A stretch of DNA of 59,979 nucleotides from an uncultured Enterobacteriaceae bacterium (GCA_964523765.1 CAZFZX010000006.1:1-59979), one strand, 5' to 3'; counted from the first letter of the stretch, positions 9,168-20,139 are shown. Made by a program: numbers and translations. The notes: generated by a model from the letters alone, not told the origin.

Positions 9168-9314
9168 CGCTTGCCGGCGAGCGGCCGCCGGACAGTCGTC
9201 GAATAGCACGGCAATCGCTCGGATATTTCGATTACACTACCGGACCGGTACTATTTCGACGGCTCAGTAAGCCGATAGCCGCGGTCGAACCCTTTACCCG
9301 GAGGACAGAAAACA

Positions 9315-9944
9315 ATGAAACTACATGATTGCCAAATGGCGCCCAATCCACGCCGTGTGCGTATTTATCTGCACGAGAAAGGTGTGGAAGTTGAAAAGGT
9401 CGAACACAACATCCTCGCCGGCGAAAACATCGAAGAAGCGTATCTCAAGATCAACCCCTGGGGCACGTTGCCGGCGTTGGAACTCGACGACGGCACGGTC
9501 ATCCGTGAAGCACCGTCGATCTTTCGCTATATCGATTCCATCAAACCGGACCCGAACTTGTTGGGCAACGACCCGAAAGAGGCTGCCGAAATTGAGACTT
9601 GGGAACGTTTTTCCGAACTCCAGGGCATGGCCGCGATTGGCGAGTTTTTCCGTAATCAAATGCAGGATTTGAGCGGCCGAGGTTTGCCCGGCCCGGCCCG
9701 TCTGGAGCTCATTCCGGAACTCGTCGAACGCGGCAAGCAGCGCGCCGCTTGGTTTTACGAGCAGATCGATCAGCGCCTGGGCGAATCGGAATATCTCGGA
9801 ACCGATCGCTACACAGTCGCCGATATCACCGCGCAGTGCGCGGTCGACTTCGCTAACGCCGTGGGTTTACCGGTACCCGAGAGTTGCGCCAACATCGCAC
9901 GTTGGCACGCGGCGGTCAGCGCGCGTCCGAGTGCCGCCGCATAA
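9315..9944 (+). CDS. glutathione S-transferase
   Basis: MAPNPRRVRIYLHEKGVEVE...INPWGTLPALELDDGTVIREAPSIFRYI plus a C-terminal helical domain. GGAGGA lies upstream. Confidence 0.8.
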   Translation: MKLHDCQMAPNPRRVRIYLHEKGVEVEKVEHNILAGENIEEAYLKINPWGTLPALELDDGTVIREAPSIFRYIDSIKPDPNLLGNDPKEAAEIETWERFSELQGMAAIGEFFRNQMQDLSGRGLPGPARLELIPELVERGKQRAAWFYEQIDQRLGESEYLGTDRYTVADITAQCAVDFANAVGLPVPESCANIARWHAAVSARPSAAA

Positions 9945-9963
9945 CTTGTGAGCTAATTATGCG

Positions 9964-10123
9964 CTCCAAAAGAAGCTTCACTTTCGCGCTTCTACCCGCG
10001 CCCGTCACCCCGGGCTAGACCCGGGGTCCAGTTAAATAATGTCCGCCGGCGGCGGGCTTTATCTACTGCATCCCGGGTCCGTCACCCCGGACTCGATCCG
10101 GGGCCGCTATGACGGTGACGATG
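9964..10123 (+). repeat. MITE-like repeat, long/composite form, copy C
   Basis: CTCCAAAAGAAGCTTCACTTTCG... contains hairpin CCCCGGG-CTAGA-CCCGGGG, central hairpin CCGCCGGCGGCGG, then GTCACCCCGGACTCGATCCGGGGCCGCTATGACGGTGACGATG (the short-form module). It lies between convergent genes. Confidence 0.8.
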
Positions 10124-10216
10124 CACGGTCGCCGGCCCTTATTCCGAAACTGATCGATAATTCGCAACGGCTATCTAGCTCCGCGCCGGCCGATAGAGAG
10201 ACCGGCGCGGCCGAGT

Positions 10217-11026
<810 letters not shown>

Positions 11027-11065
11027 TGCTTCTTCCTTTATCAACAATAATGATTGAACGCCGGT

Positions 11066-12361
11066 TCAATCGATGACGCGCTCTCCTGACGCGAAAGCGA
11101 GCCATACGATAGCGCCGAAAATATTAATTCCCGCGGCTAGCGCAAACGCCGCGGAATAGGTGCCGGTGACATCGACCAACCAGCCGGTGATCGCCACGCC
11201 GATGATCCCGGGGATCGTGCCGGCCGTATTGGTGATCCCCATCAGGACATCCGCGTAACGCGGTGCGATGTCGAGGTGATTCGGGACAAAGCCGGACCAC
11301 GTAAACGCCCCAGCCCCCAAAGCACCGCACATGAGCAATACGGCGATGCCGGCGGAATCGACGTCGCGCGCGAGCAGCATGAAGATCGCAGAACCGACGA
11401 GGCCGACGGTCTGCATGATTTTGCGGACCGCCGTCAGGCTGAGTCCCCGCCTCACCAATAGATCCGCGGCCCAGCCGGCGAAGTTGCCGACGATGAACAT
11501 CGTCAACCATGGCGCCGCCGAATACAGGCCCGCGCTCGTAATACTCAAACCGAGAGCACCCCGGAAATAGCTCGGCAACCAAGCGAGCAGCATGTACAGC
11601 ACCCAGTTGCTACAGAAATGATTGATGAGCAACGCCCAGATCGCCGGGGTTGAAAGGAGCCGGCGCCACGGTATCGGCGGTTTCTCACCGTCCGGGGGGG
11701 CGACTTCTCGGAGCAGTTTCAACTCTGCTGGCGAGACTTTCGGGTCGGTGGCCGGATCGTTGTGCGCCTGAAAGTACCAGACCGCCGTCCATAGGAAACC
11801 TGCCGCGCCAAAGATATAAAAAACGCTCTCCCAGCCATACTTGCTCACGATCCAACCGGTTGTCGTCAACGCGAACAAGGTCCCGAGCGGAATGCCGCTG
11901 ATTAGGATCGCGACAGCCCGGGAGCGCTCCGCCGGCAACACCCAACGGCCATAGATCGTGTAAGCGGCGGGAAACATCGCGGCCTCCCCGAGGCCCATCG
12001 CGATACGCGTGATAATCAAGATTGGCAGCGACAGAAAAGCGGCGGTTGGAGTCAGGATCGTGAAGATCGACCACCACAACACCGCGACCCCAAGGACGAT
12101 GCGCCCACCGTGACGATTCGCAATCCAACCGCTCGGCGCCATAAACAACATGTAGCCGATGAAAAAGGAAGACAATACAAAACCCTTGACGGTTTCGGAC
12201 CATCCGAATTCTTCCTGCATTGCCAGTGCGGCGACGGAAATGTTGACGCGATCGATGTAGCATACGAACACCGCGCAAAAACAGAGCGCGATGACCGAAT
12301 AGCGCCGCGGCCACCGCGTCTCGCCGCCGGTCGAGGCGGTTGCCGGTTCCGGTGCTGTCAT
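11066..12361 (-). CDS. MFS transporter (anion:cation symporter/ACS-like)
   Basis: 431 aa with about 12 hydrophobic segments. CYIDRVNISVAALAMQEEFGWS...SGWIANRHGGR resembles ACS-family MFS permeases. Confidence 0.75.
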   Translation of the reverse strand: MTAPEPATASTGGETRWPRRYSVIALCFCAVFVCYIDRVNISVAALAMQEEFGWSETVKGFVLSSFFIGYMLFMAPSGWIANRHGGRIVLGVAVLWWSIFTILTPTAAFLSLPILIITRIAMGLGEAAMFPAAYTIYGRWVLPAERSRAVAILISGIPLGTLFALTTTGWIVSKYGWESVFYIFGAAGFLWTAVWYFQAHNDPATDPKVSPAELKLLREVAPPDGEKPPIPWRRLLSTPAIWALLINHFCSNWVLYMLLAWLPSYFRGALGLSITSAGLYSAAPWLTMFIVGNFAGWAADLLVRRGLSLTAVRKIMQTVGLVGSAIFMLLARDVDSAGIAVLLMCGALGAGAFTWSGFVPNHLDIAPRYADVLMGITNTAGTIPGIIGVAITGWLVDVTGTYSAAFALAAGINIFGAIVWLAFASGERVID

Positions 12362-12505
12362 AGTATCCCCTCCACGGTCGTGCGAAGATAAGGCATAACT
12401 CGCGAATTGGGAAATCGAAGTCTTCCACGCACGGCCAATGCGATGCCACGGGTACGGTGCCGATGACCGGCCCGAATTCCCCTAGCGACAAGAGGACGAC
12501 GGACC

Positions 12506-13207
12506 ATGACCCAAGATGTTTGTTTGATCAGCGGTGTGGGACCGGGAACCGGCACGGCGCTGGCCCGGCGTTTCGCCGAAGGCGGCTACCGCATCGCGAT
12601 GATCGCACGCGATACCCAGAGGCTGAGCGCGCTCGAGCAGGAGATCAGCGGCGCGAAAGCTTACCCTTGCGATGTCTCCGACGAAGCGGCCGTAAAGGGG
12701 GCCGTCGAGGCGGTGCGCGGGGAGTTGGGCGCTCCGTCCATCCTGATCCATAACGCGGTGCGGGGCACGTTCGGCAGCTTTATGGAGATCGATCCGGCCG
12801 ATCTGAAACGCAATTTCGACATCAACACCATGGGTTTTCTTTATCTCGCGCGGGCCTGCGCGCCGGCAATGCTAGAGGCCGGCTCCGGGGCGATCATCGC
12901 TTCGGGAAACACCTCCGCCTTGAGGGGGAAACCCAACTTCTCCGCTTTTGCCCCGACCAAGGCGGCGCAGCGCGTATTGGCCGAATCGATGGCGCGGACA
13001 TTAGGACCGCAGGGTATCCACGTCGCCTACATCGTCATCGATGCGGTGATCGATCTTGCCTGGACACGCGAGATGTTGCCCGATGCGGCCGACGATTACT
13101 TCATCCAACCTACCGCAATCGCCGAGACGGCCTATCAGGTAGCGCATCAGGATCGCAGCGCGTGGTCGTTTAATGTGGAACTGCGGCCGTTCGGCGAGGA
13201 GTGGTAA
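12506..13207 (+). CDS. SDR-family oxidoreductase
   Basis: LISGVGPGTGTALARRFAEGGY (Rossmann Gly motif) and NAV. It is divergent from the MFS gene. Confidence 0.75.
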   Translation: MTQDVCLISGVGPGTGTALARRFAEGGYRIAMIARDTQRLSALEQEISGAKAYPCDVSDEAAVKGAVEAVRGELGAPSILIHNAVRGTFGSFMEIDPADLKRNFDINTMGFLYLARACAPAMLEAGSGAIIASGNTSALRGKPNFSAFAPTKAAQRVLAESMARTLGPQGIHVAYIVIDAVIDLAWTREMLPDAADDYFIQPTAIAETAYQVAHQDRSAWSFNVELRPFGEEW

Positions 13208-13231
13208 CGCGAAGGCGCGGTTGGAAACACG

Positions 13232-14035
13232 CTAACCGAGGAATTTCGCTAACGTCATATCCGTATAGAAAGGCGTGAGATCCGGGGTAAAGGCCGGGTG
13301 CGCCAGCAGCGTATCGAAATGGGCCACGGCGCGCGGATAGGCCGTTGTCGCATCCTCGTCGAAAATTACCTGATAACCCGAGGCCTCGATGCGTTCCCGT
13401 TCCGATCGGCAGAGCGCGAACAAGACGAGTTCGGCGGCGAAGCAGATATCGGCGAGACTGATCTGTGCGCCGACGAGAAAACCCGTACCGGCCTTGAGTG
13501 CTTCCTCAATCCCGCCGAGATAGTTGGAAAACGCCTTCTCCATGTCGTCGTGCAAGGCCTGGGTCAGACCCTTGCCCATCAAACCGAACAGGTAGCGCTG
13601 GCCGTCACGGGCGAATACCAACGACACGTCCAGAAACGAGTCGATGCGAGCCGCGCTATACGGGTCGCCGCCATACAGCGGCGGTCCGTTGCGGGCGAGC
13701 CGTGCAACTGCCCGCATCATGCTGTTCGACTCGAAAATGCCGAGCGCGCCGTCCGGACTGAATGCCACCGGTACCGTACCGAAGGGATTCGCGGCGAGGA
13801 ACGCATCGGTCTTGTAGAGGACACCCGAGAATCCGGCGCGCGCCCGGCGTGCGTACGTTTTGTCTATGCGATCTTCTTTGCCGAGCGGTCTCGCGTCGAA
13901 ATCCCACAGCCACTCGGCGAGTTCCTTCGGTGTCGCGCCCCGTATTTCAAGATCCACGCCCCCCAGGCGCGCGGCAATTGTTGCCTTGTAGAGCCGGGGA
14001 TTGGGTAAATAGGAAAAGATACGTAGGTCTGCCAT
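13232..14035 (-). CDS. glutathione S-transferase-like protein
   Basis: N-terminal thioredoxin-like segment (...ANPFGTVPVAFSPDGALGIFESNSMM) and a helical C-terminal domain (SLADICFAAEL). It starts 30 bp downstream of the kinase gene on the same strand. Confidence 0.55.
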   Translation of the reverse strand: MADLRIFSYLPNPRLYKATIAARLGGVDLEIRGATPKELAEWLWDFDARPLGKEDRIDKTYARRARAGFSGVLYKTDAFLAANPFGTVPVAFSPDGALGIFESNSMMRAVARLARNGPPLYGGDPYSAARIDSFLDVSLVFARDGQRYLFGLMGKGLTQALHDDMEKAFSNYLGGIEEALKAGTGFLVGAQISLADICFAAELVLFALCRSERERIEASGYQVIFDEDATTAYPRAVAHFDTLLAHPAFTPDLTPFYTDMTLAKFLG

Positions 14036-14065
14036 CGTCGCTCGCTCGTTTCGGACGACGCGGAA

Positions 14066-15322
14066 CTACAAGCCGGCGCAAAGAGGTTGTAGGTTCGCGA
14101 CTAACTCCGAGGCGCTCTGGTAGCGGTCTTTCGGATCCTTCGCCAGCAGCTGGTCGACGATCGGTTGATACTGGGAAAGAAACTCCGGCAACGTCGGGAC
14201 ATCGGCATACAGATGTTGATAGACCAGCGCGCCGGGAGAACTCGCACGGAAGGCTTTTTCACCGGTCAGCATCTCGAACAGAATCATCCCCAAGCCGTAC
14301 AGATCGGTGCGCTGGTCGACGTCCTGACCAAGGCCCTGTTCGGGGCTCAGGTAGTTGAGCGTGCCGAGGATACTCCCGGTTTTGGTCAAGTCCCAGGATC
14401 CACCGAGATGCTTGGATATAACGAAGTCCGCTAGGGCTAGAGAATCGTCGGAACGAAACATGATGTTCCCGGGCTTCAAGTCGCGATGGACAATGTTTCG
14501 CGTGTGGATCGCTTCGAGTCCGAAAGCGATGTTCAAGGCATACAGCAATGCCTCCTCTGTATTGACGCCGTGTTCGATGCGTTGCTTGAGATCGCCGCGG
14601 GTAAAAAACTCGACGGCTATGTAACCGTAACCGGGCGTAAAATCGTGGCCGTAGAACTTCACAACGTAAGGGCTTTCGATCGTCGCCAGCAGGGCCGCCT
14701 CTTGCGCGAAACGTTTGGTGACGGTGGCGTCGTCGATAGAGTGCAAATCCATGATCTTCAATACCAGCGTTAACTGGTCTTCCAGGCGCTCGGCGAGATA
14801 AACGCGCGAATGGGCACCCTGACCGATCAGCCGTACAAACTTGTACCCGCTCTCGACCTGCCCTTCCCGGCTCGCCAAATCGCCGAAGATTTGCCGGTCC
14901 TGCTCGTATCGACTATCGTCCAGCGGGTCCACTTTCCGCGTGCCGGGTCCGTTAACGCCGATTGAATTCAGGATCCGGGGCAGGGAGTCACCGGTAAACT
15001 CCGATTTGATCACATAGGTGGTCGCTTGCATCTCGGCGACTTTGCTGGCGACAAAGGTATCATTTTCATCGGCCAGCATGATCGTGGGTGGCAACGTGGT
15101 GTCGAGCATAAATATCGCGAGCCAGGCGAGACCGCTTTCGGTACCTCCCAGCCGGTCTTCGATAACGAGCAGATCATACAAATCCCAGTCGAACCCTTGG
15201 GTGGGCCGTCCAATTTGCTCGGGGTCGTATTCGGTGACTTCTACTGTCGGATCGAAAGCGGCAAACATGCGCCGTAGGGCCGACATGTACTGCTTTGAGT
15301 CGTTGATAATGATGATCCGCAT
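14066..15322 (-). CDS. receiver-like domain fused to a Hanks-type Ser/Thr protein kinase
   Basis: The N-terminal ~120 aa has a CheY-like pattern (MRIIIINDS...DLLVIEDRL...TIMLAD...YVIKSE). Kinase motifs are GQGAHSRVY, VLKI, HRDLKPGN and SPE. DFV replaces DFG (14420-14428). Confidence 0.8.
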   Translation of the reverse strand: MRIIIINDSKQYMSALRRMFAAFDPTVEVTEYDPEQIGRPTQGFDWDLYDLLVIEDRLGGTESGLAWLAIFMLDTTLPPTIMLADENDTFVASKVAEMQATTYVIKSEFTGDSLPRILNSIGVNGPGTRKVDPLDDSRYEQDRQIFGDLASREGQVESGYKFVRLIGQGAHSRVYLAERLEDQLTLVLKIMDLHSIDDATVTKRFAQEAALLATIESPYVVKFYGHDFTPGYGYIAVEFFTRGDLKQRIEHGVNTEEALLYALNIAFGLEAIHTRNIVHRDLKPGNIMFRSDDSLALADFVISKHLGGSWDLTKTGSILGTLNYLSPEQGLGQDVDQRTDLYGLGMILFEMLTGEKAFRASSPGALVYQHLYADVPTLPEFLSQYQPIVDQLLAKDPKDRYQSASELVANLQPLCAGL

Positions 15323-15455
15323 GGGTCATTTCGCTACAAGAGTGGCGACGGCACGCCGGGCACCGCCGGGATCGGATTTTCGAATTATGCCACGTTGTCC
15401 GGCATCAATTGTGAACGCAGCCACAACACGGTCCCGCGTTGTAACGCACGCGCGC

Positions 15456-16217
15456 TTACCACGGGTTGTAGTTGCCCGGCGCGGGCTGTGCTGGCGCTGC
15501 GGGCGGCGAGGACGGGCCGTGAGAATGACCGCCGGGATCGGCGCTCTGCTGATCGCCCTGCCGATACCCCGCGTCGTGGTCGGGGAGGACCTGAATCGAC
15601 TGGGGCGCGGCCGCCTCGACCTCGATTTGCAAACAACTCAAGCCGTCGCAGAAGTAGGTTTCCTGCGGGTGAACCTCGCCGCTGAAAGAACCGGATATGA
15701 GCGTTAGTATGCCGGCGTAGGTTGTGAGATAGGTGCCGTCGGCTTTCTCGTCACAGCTCCCAGCGACGCAGCTTACCGCGAGCCCGCTGGAACCACGGAT
15801 ACCGATCGTGGCGGTTTTCGTGCTGATCCGAAAACTCTTACGGTTTGACTTGCCGATGATGCCGGTGACAAAACGTACGCTGCCTTTCAGGAGATTGAAA
15901 AAACTGCGCTCGCTGCCATCGGCCGATCCGCGATAAACGTAGTCGGCGAGACGATATTCGGTGTCGGCTTTCAGGGACGCGTAGCCGCCGTCGGTAAACT
16001 GGATCTGAACCTTGCCGTCTCCGGTGGTAACGGTGTCACCGGAGAATACCGGGTCGTTTTTAATCAGATAACGACCGGCCCCGCTCGCGTCGACGGCTTT
16101 GACTTCACCCTTCGCAAAAACGACTTTACCAGCTGAGGCGGCAGCCAAGACTTCTACAGCCGGCCAGAATAGAGCTAGCAATACTCCCGACAAAAACAGT
16201 ACCCGCAGATCGTACAT
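15456..16217 (-). CDS. secreted FecR-domain protein with a Pro/Gln-rich C-terminal tail
   Basis: Signal-like N-terminus (VLFLSGVLLALFWPAVEVLAAASA). The FecR-type beta core is GDTVTTGDGKVQIQFTDGGYASLKADTEYRL...GSVRFVTG. The low-complexity tail is GHSHGPSSPPAAPAQPAPGNYNPW. Confidence 0.7.
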   Translation of the reverse strand: MYDLRVLFLSGVLLALFWPAVEVLAAASAGKVVFAKGEVKAVDASGAGRYLIKNDPVFSGDTVTTGDGKVQIQFTDGGYASLKADTEYRLADYVYRGSADGSERSFFNLLKGSVRFVTGIIGKSNRKSFRISTKTATIGIRGSSGLAVSCVAGSCDEKADGTYLTTYAGILTLISGSFSGEVHPQETYFCDGLSCLQIEVEAAAPQSIQVLPDHDAGYRQGDQQSADPGGHSHGPSSPPAAPAQPAPGNYNPW

Positions 16218-16404
16218 CGCTCGCTGTTACTCCGCTCACTGACCCAATCGGATCCGATCTTCCGCAGCATGCGCCAGCACGCCCGGCGAATCAACCGCGA
16301 GCGGTCCAAGGTTTTCGGCGCTGCGCTGTCCAATTTCGGCATTGTGGTTCGCTATCGAAGTCAACGGCGTTACAATTTCGGTTTCTTGGATCTGTCTTCG
16401 AACT

Positions 16405-17289
16405 ATGTCTGGAGCAACCGTGACTGATATCCGATTCGCTGCACCTACCTCGATCGACGAAGCCGTCCGCTGTCTCTATGAAGCCGGCGACTCTGCCAGA
16501 GTCCTGGCCGGCGGTACTGACTTGCTCATTCAATTGCGTGCCGGCCGGGTACGCCCGAATATGATCGTCGATATAAAAAAGATCCCCGAATTGAAACAAA
16601 TTCAGGCGAAAAATGGCGGTTACCGGATCGGCGCCGCCGTTGCCGGCGTTGAACTCAGTGATCATCCAGACGTTAAGACGGTCTGGCCGGGCGTCGTCGA
16701 AGCGATGGACTTGGTCGGATCGAGGCAGGTCCAGGGCCGTGCCAGCCTCGGCGGTAATCTCTGCAACGCGTCGCCGGCAGCGGACAGTGTCCCGGCGATG
16801 ATTGCCGCCGGCGCGACTTGCACCATCGCTGGTCCGGCCGGCCGGCGTGAGGCCAAAGTCGAAGACATCGTAACTGGTCCGGGGCAGACCTCGCTTGCGC
16901 CGGGTGAGTTCGTGGTCAGCTTTTTTCTACCGGCCCGGCCGCCGCATTCGGGTGATGCGTATCTGCGGCTGATCCCTCGCACCGAAATGGATATCGCCGT
17001 GGTCGGCGCAGGGGTCAGCGTGAGTCTCGACGATGGCGGGGTTTGCGTCGCCGCGCGGGTGGCGCTGGGCGCGGTCGCGCCGACACAGTTACTGGTCGAG
17101 GCCGGAGCCCAAGCGCTGATCGGAACTCAAGTCGATGCGGCGGCGCTGGCCGAACTCAGCGCGGCCGCGAGTGCCGCCTGCAAACCTATTGACGACAAGC
17201 GCGGAACGGTTGCCTATCGAACGAAGGTGGCCGGAGTATTGGCGCGGCGCGCGGCGGAAATGGCGCTTCAACGCGCGAGGGCAAACTAA
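16405..17289 (+). CDS. xanthine-dehydrogenase-family FAD-binding (medium) subunit
   Basis: FAAPTSIDEAV...VLAGGTDLLIQLR...GGNLCNASPAADS...DKRGTVAYRTKVAG. The start is ATG 16405 or GTG 16420, the latter 5 nt after GGAG. Confidence 0.85.
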   Translation: MSGATVTDIRFAAPTSIDEAVRCLYEAGDSARVLAGGTDLLIQLRAGRVRPNMIVDIKKIPELKQIQAKNGGYRIGAAVAGVELSDHPDVKTVWPGVVEAMDLVGSRQVQGRASLGGNLCNASPAADSVPAMIAAGATCTIAGPAGRREAKVEDIVTGPGQTSLAPGEFVVSFFLPARPPHSGDAYLRLIPRTEMDIAVVGAGVSVSLDDGGVCVAARVALGAVAPTQLLVEAGAQALIGTQVDAAALAELSAAASAACKPIDDKRGTVAYRTKVAGVLARRAAEMALQRARAN

Positions 17290-17765
17290 TGGCGAAACAT
17301 CACGTCACCAGCGCCGTCAACGGCGATCCGGTCGAGTTCTTATGCGATACCGAGGATACCTTGCTCGATGTTTTGCGTGACAACTTGCGCTTGACCGGAA
17401 CCAAAGAGGGCTGTGCGTCGGGAGACTGTGGCGCTTGCAGTGTTACCATCGACGGGCGTCTCGTATGCGCCTGCCTGGTGCTCGGCGTAGAAGCTGATGG
17501 CTGCTCCATCGAGACCATCGAGGGCATCGCCGAGGGCGATCACCTGCATCCGCTGCAAGAATATTTCCTCGAGGAAGCGGCTTTGCAGTGCGGGATCTGT
17601 ACCCCGGGATTTATCGTCGCCGCGAAGGCCCTGCTCGAGCGCAACCCCGATCCTAGCGAGACCGAGATACGTTACTGGTTAGCCGGTAACCTATGCCGGT
17701 GTACCGGTTACGACAAGATCATCACGGCCGTCCGCAAAGCGGCGGCAGCGCTGCGGGAGGGCTAG
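17289..17765 (+). CDS. xanthine-dehydrogenase-family [2Fe-2S] (small) subunit
   Basis: GCASGDCGACSV...CGICTPGF...NLCRCTGY Cys clusters. TAATG overlap with the medium-subunit gene. Confidence 0.9.
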   Translation: MAKHHVTSAVNGDPVEFLCDTEDTLLDVLRDNLRLTGTKEGCASGDCGACSVTIDGRLVCACLVLGVEADGCSIETIEGIAEGDHLHPLQEYFLEEAALQCGICTPGFIVAAKALLERNPDPSETEIRYWLAGNLCRCTGYDKIITAVRKAAAALREG

Positions 17766-17768
17766 ACC

Positions 17769-20066
17769 ATGGGTAAGGAAGAACGACCGTTCAAAACGGT
17801 CACCGCAGGCGAAAAGCGCGGCGATTATCGCTGGGTCGGGACACGAACGATACGCCCGGACGGGATCGAAAAAGTCACCGGGCGCGCCGCCTTCGGTGCC
17901 GATCTTCACCTGCCGGGTATGCTAACGGGCCGTGTCGTTCGGAGCCCGCACGCGCACGCTCGTATCCTCTCGATCAAAACCGATGCGGCCTTGGCTTTGG
18001 ATGGGGTGAAGGCCGTAGTGACGGCTGCAGACTTCCCCGAGCTCGACCCTAAGGAGCGTGGAGCCGGAGAGGCGCCGGTTAATTTCCGCGACCTGTCACG
18101 CAATGTGATGGCGCGCGACAAGGCACTGTACGACGGTCACGCGATCGCGGCGGTGGCCGCCATCACCCCGGCTATTGCGGATCGGGCGGCGGCACTCATC
18201 GAAGTCGAATACGAAGTACTGCCGCATGTGATGGACGCGCGCGAAGCGATGAAATCGGACGCGCCGCTCCTACACGATGACATCTTTACCAAAGGCGTCG
18301 ATCCGAAGCCCGAGGCGGCTTCCAACGTCGCCCAACGTTTTGAGTTCAAGCTCGGCGACACCGACGCCGGTTTCGCCGAAGCCGACGCTATCGTCGAGAA
18401 CGAGTTCACCACCCAGCCGGTTCACCAGGGCTACATCGAGCCGCACGCCTGCGTCGCCGATACCACCGAAGACGGTACGTCGACGGTCTGGTGCAGCAGC
18501 CAGGGCCATTTCATGGTGCGCAATTTCAGCGCCACGGTGTGCGGGATGGATCTCTCCAAGATCCGCGTGCTGCCGGCCGAGATCGGCGGCGGTTTTGGCG
18601 GTAAAACGACGGTCTATCTCGAACCCGTTGCGATCATTCTGTCGAAGAAGGCGCGTAAGCCGGTCAAAATCGTGATGAGCCGTGAGGAAGTCTTTCGCGC
18701 GACCGGGCCGACCTCGGGTAGCCATGCCCGCGTAAAGATCGGCGCGAAAAAGGACGGGACGATCACCGCCGCCGAGTTGACGATGGAATACGAAGCCGGC
18801 GCATTCGCCGGCTCACCGGTTCAATTGGGCTGCATGACCGCTTATGCCCCCTATGCGCTGGAGAACGTCAAAACGGTCGGCTACGACGTCGTCGTCAACC
18901 GGCCAAAGGCAGCGGCCTACCGCGCCCCCGGCGCGCCGGCGGCCGCCTTTGCGGTCGAATCGGCGCTCGACGAATTGGCCCGCGAGATCGACGTGGATCC
19001 GATCGCGCTGCGCGAAAAGAATGCCGCCGAGGAGGGCACGCAAGCGGCTTATGGACCCAAGTTTCAACAGATCGGTTACCTCGAGACGCTGACGGCAGCC
19101 AAGACGCATCCGCACTACTCGGCGCCGCTCGGACCCAACCAGGGCCGCGGCGTAGCCTCCGGCTTCTGGTTCAACATTGGCGGGGAATCGAGTGCCGCGG
19201 TGCACATCAACGAAGACGGCACCGTCGACGTCGTCACCGCGAATCCCGATATCGGAGGTTCCCGGGCTTCCATGGCGATCATGGCGGCCGAGGTCCTCGG
19301 CGTCGATATCGATCGCGTAAAGCCGCAGATCGCCGATACCGCTTCGAGCGCCTACAGTATGCTCACGGGCGGTAGCCGCGTTACTTTCGCCGTCGGCAAG
19401 GCGGTCTGCGAGGCGGCGGACGATGTCGTGCGTCAGCTACGCCAGCGCGCGGCCAAGATTTGGGACATCGACGCCGATGCGATCGAATGGCGCGACGGCG
19501 AAGCGACAAAAGTCGGTGCAACAGAAGGCGGAACCTTGACGCTCGCGGCGATCGCGGATACCGCGGGAAAAACCGGCGGCCCCATCAGCGGTAAGGCCAA
19601 TATCAATGCTTCCGGCGCCGGCCCGGGTTTCGGCACGCAAATCTGCGACGTCGAGGTGGATCCGGAGACCGGTCGGGTCACGATCGTCCGTTACACCGTG
19701 ATCCAGGATGTCGGTACGGCGATCCATCCGAGTTACGTCGAGGGACAACTTCAAGGTGGAGCAGCTCAGGGCATCGGCTGGGCGTTAAACGAGGAATACA
19801 TCTACGACGACGACGGTCGCCTGCAGAATCCCGGTTTCCTGGACTACCGCATCCCGGTTGCCTCGGACCTGCCGATGATCGATACGGTCCTGATAGAAGT
19901 GCCGAACCCCGGCCATCGCTTCGGCGTTCGCGGCGTCGGTGAAGTCCCGATCGTCCCGGCGCTCGCTGCCGTGGCCAACGCCGTCGCTGCGGCCGCCGGC
20001 GTGCGCATGAGCGACCTGCCGATTTCACCGCCGAAGCTACTCGCGGCCATCGAAGCAGCGCGTTGA
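17769..20066 (+). CDS. xanthine-dehydrogenase/aldehyde-oxidase-family molybdopterin-binding (large) subunit
   Basis: 765 aa. VTGRAAFGADL...PHAHARILSI...GGGFGGK.... The active-site-loop region reads AAYRAPGAP (18915-18935), which is a generic XDH-family sequence and not a CO-dehydrogenase signature. Confidence 0.9.
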   Translation: MGKEERPFKTVTAGEKRGDYRWVGTRTIRPDGIEKVTGRAAFGADLHLPGMLTGRVVRSPHAHARILSIKTDAALALDGVKAVVTAADFPELDPKERGAGEAPVNFRDLSRNVMARDKALYDGHAIAAVAAITPAIADRAAALIEVEYEVLPHVMDAREAMKSDAPLLHDDIFTKGVDPKPEAASNVAQRFEFKLGDTDAGFAEADAIVENEFTTQPVHQGYIEPHACVADTTEDGTSTVWCSSQGHFMVRNFSATVCGMDLSKIRVLPAEIGGGFGGKTTVYLEPVAIILSKKARKPVKIVMSREEVFRATGPTSGSHARVKIGAKKDGTITAAELTMEYEAGAFAGSPVQLGCMTAYAPYALENVKTVGYDVVVNRPKAAAYRAPGAPAAAFAVESALDELAREIDVDPIALREKNAAEEGTQAAYGPKFQQIGYLETLTAAKTHPHYSAPLGPNQGRGVASGFWFNIGGESSAAVHINEDGTVDVVTANPDIGGSRASMAIMAAEVLGVDIDRVKPQIADTASSAYSMLTGGSRVTFAVGKAVCEAADDVVRQLRQRAAKIWDIDADAIEWRDGEATKVGATEGGTLTLAAIADTAGKTGGPISGKANINASGAGPGFGTQICDVEVDPETGRVTIVRYTVIQDVGTAIHPSYVEGQLQGGAAQGIGWALNEEYIYDDDGRLQNPGFLDYRIPVASDLPMIDTVLIEVPNPGHRFGVRGVGEVPIVPALAAVANAVAAAAGVRMSDLPISPPKLLAAIEAAR

Positions 20067-20139
20067 GCGATCGCGCAGGTATGGTGCCCGGTAGGGATCG
20101 GTTACGGATGAAGGTTCGTCGTTGCGGGATGGTGCGTTA

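Noticed and set aside
17769-20066. Possibility that the M-S-L gene order marks an aerobic CO dehydrogenase (coxMSL).
   Set aside because: At the position of the CODH signature loops, which I recall as AYxCSFR (form I) and AYRGAGR (form II), the large subunit reads AAYRAPGAP (18915-18935). No cox accessory genes are present.
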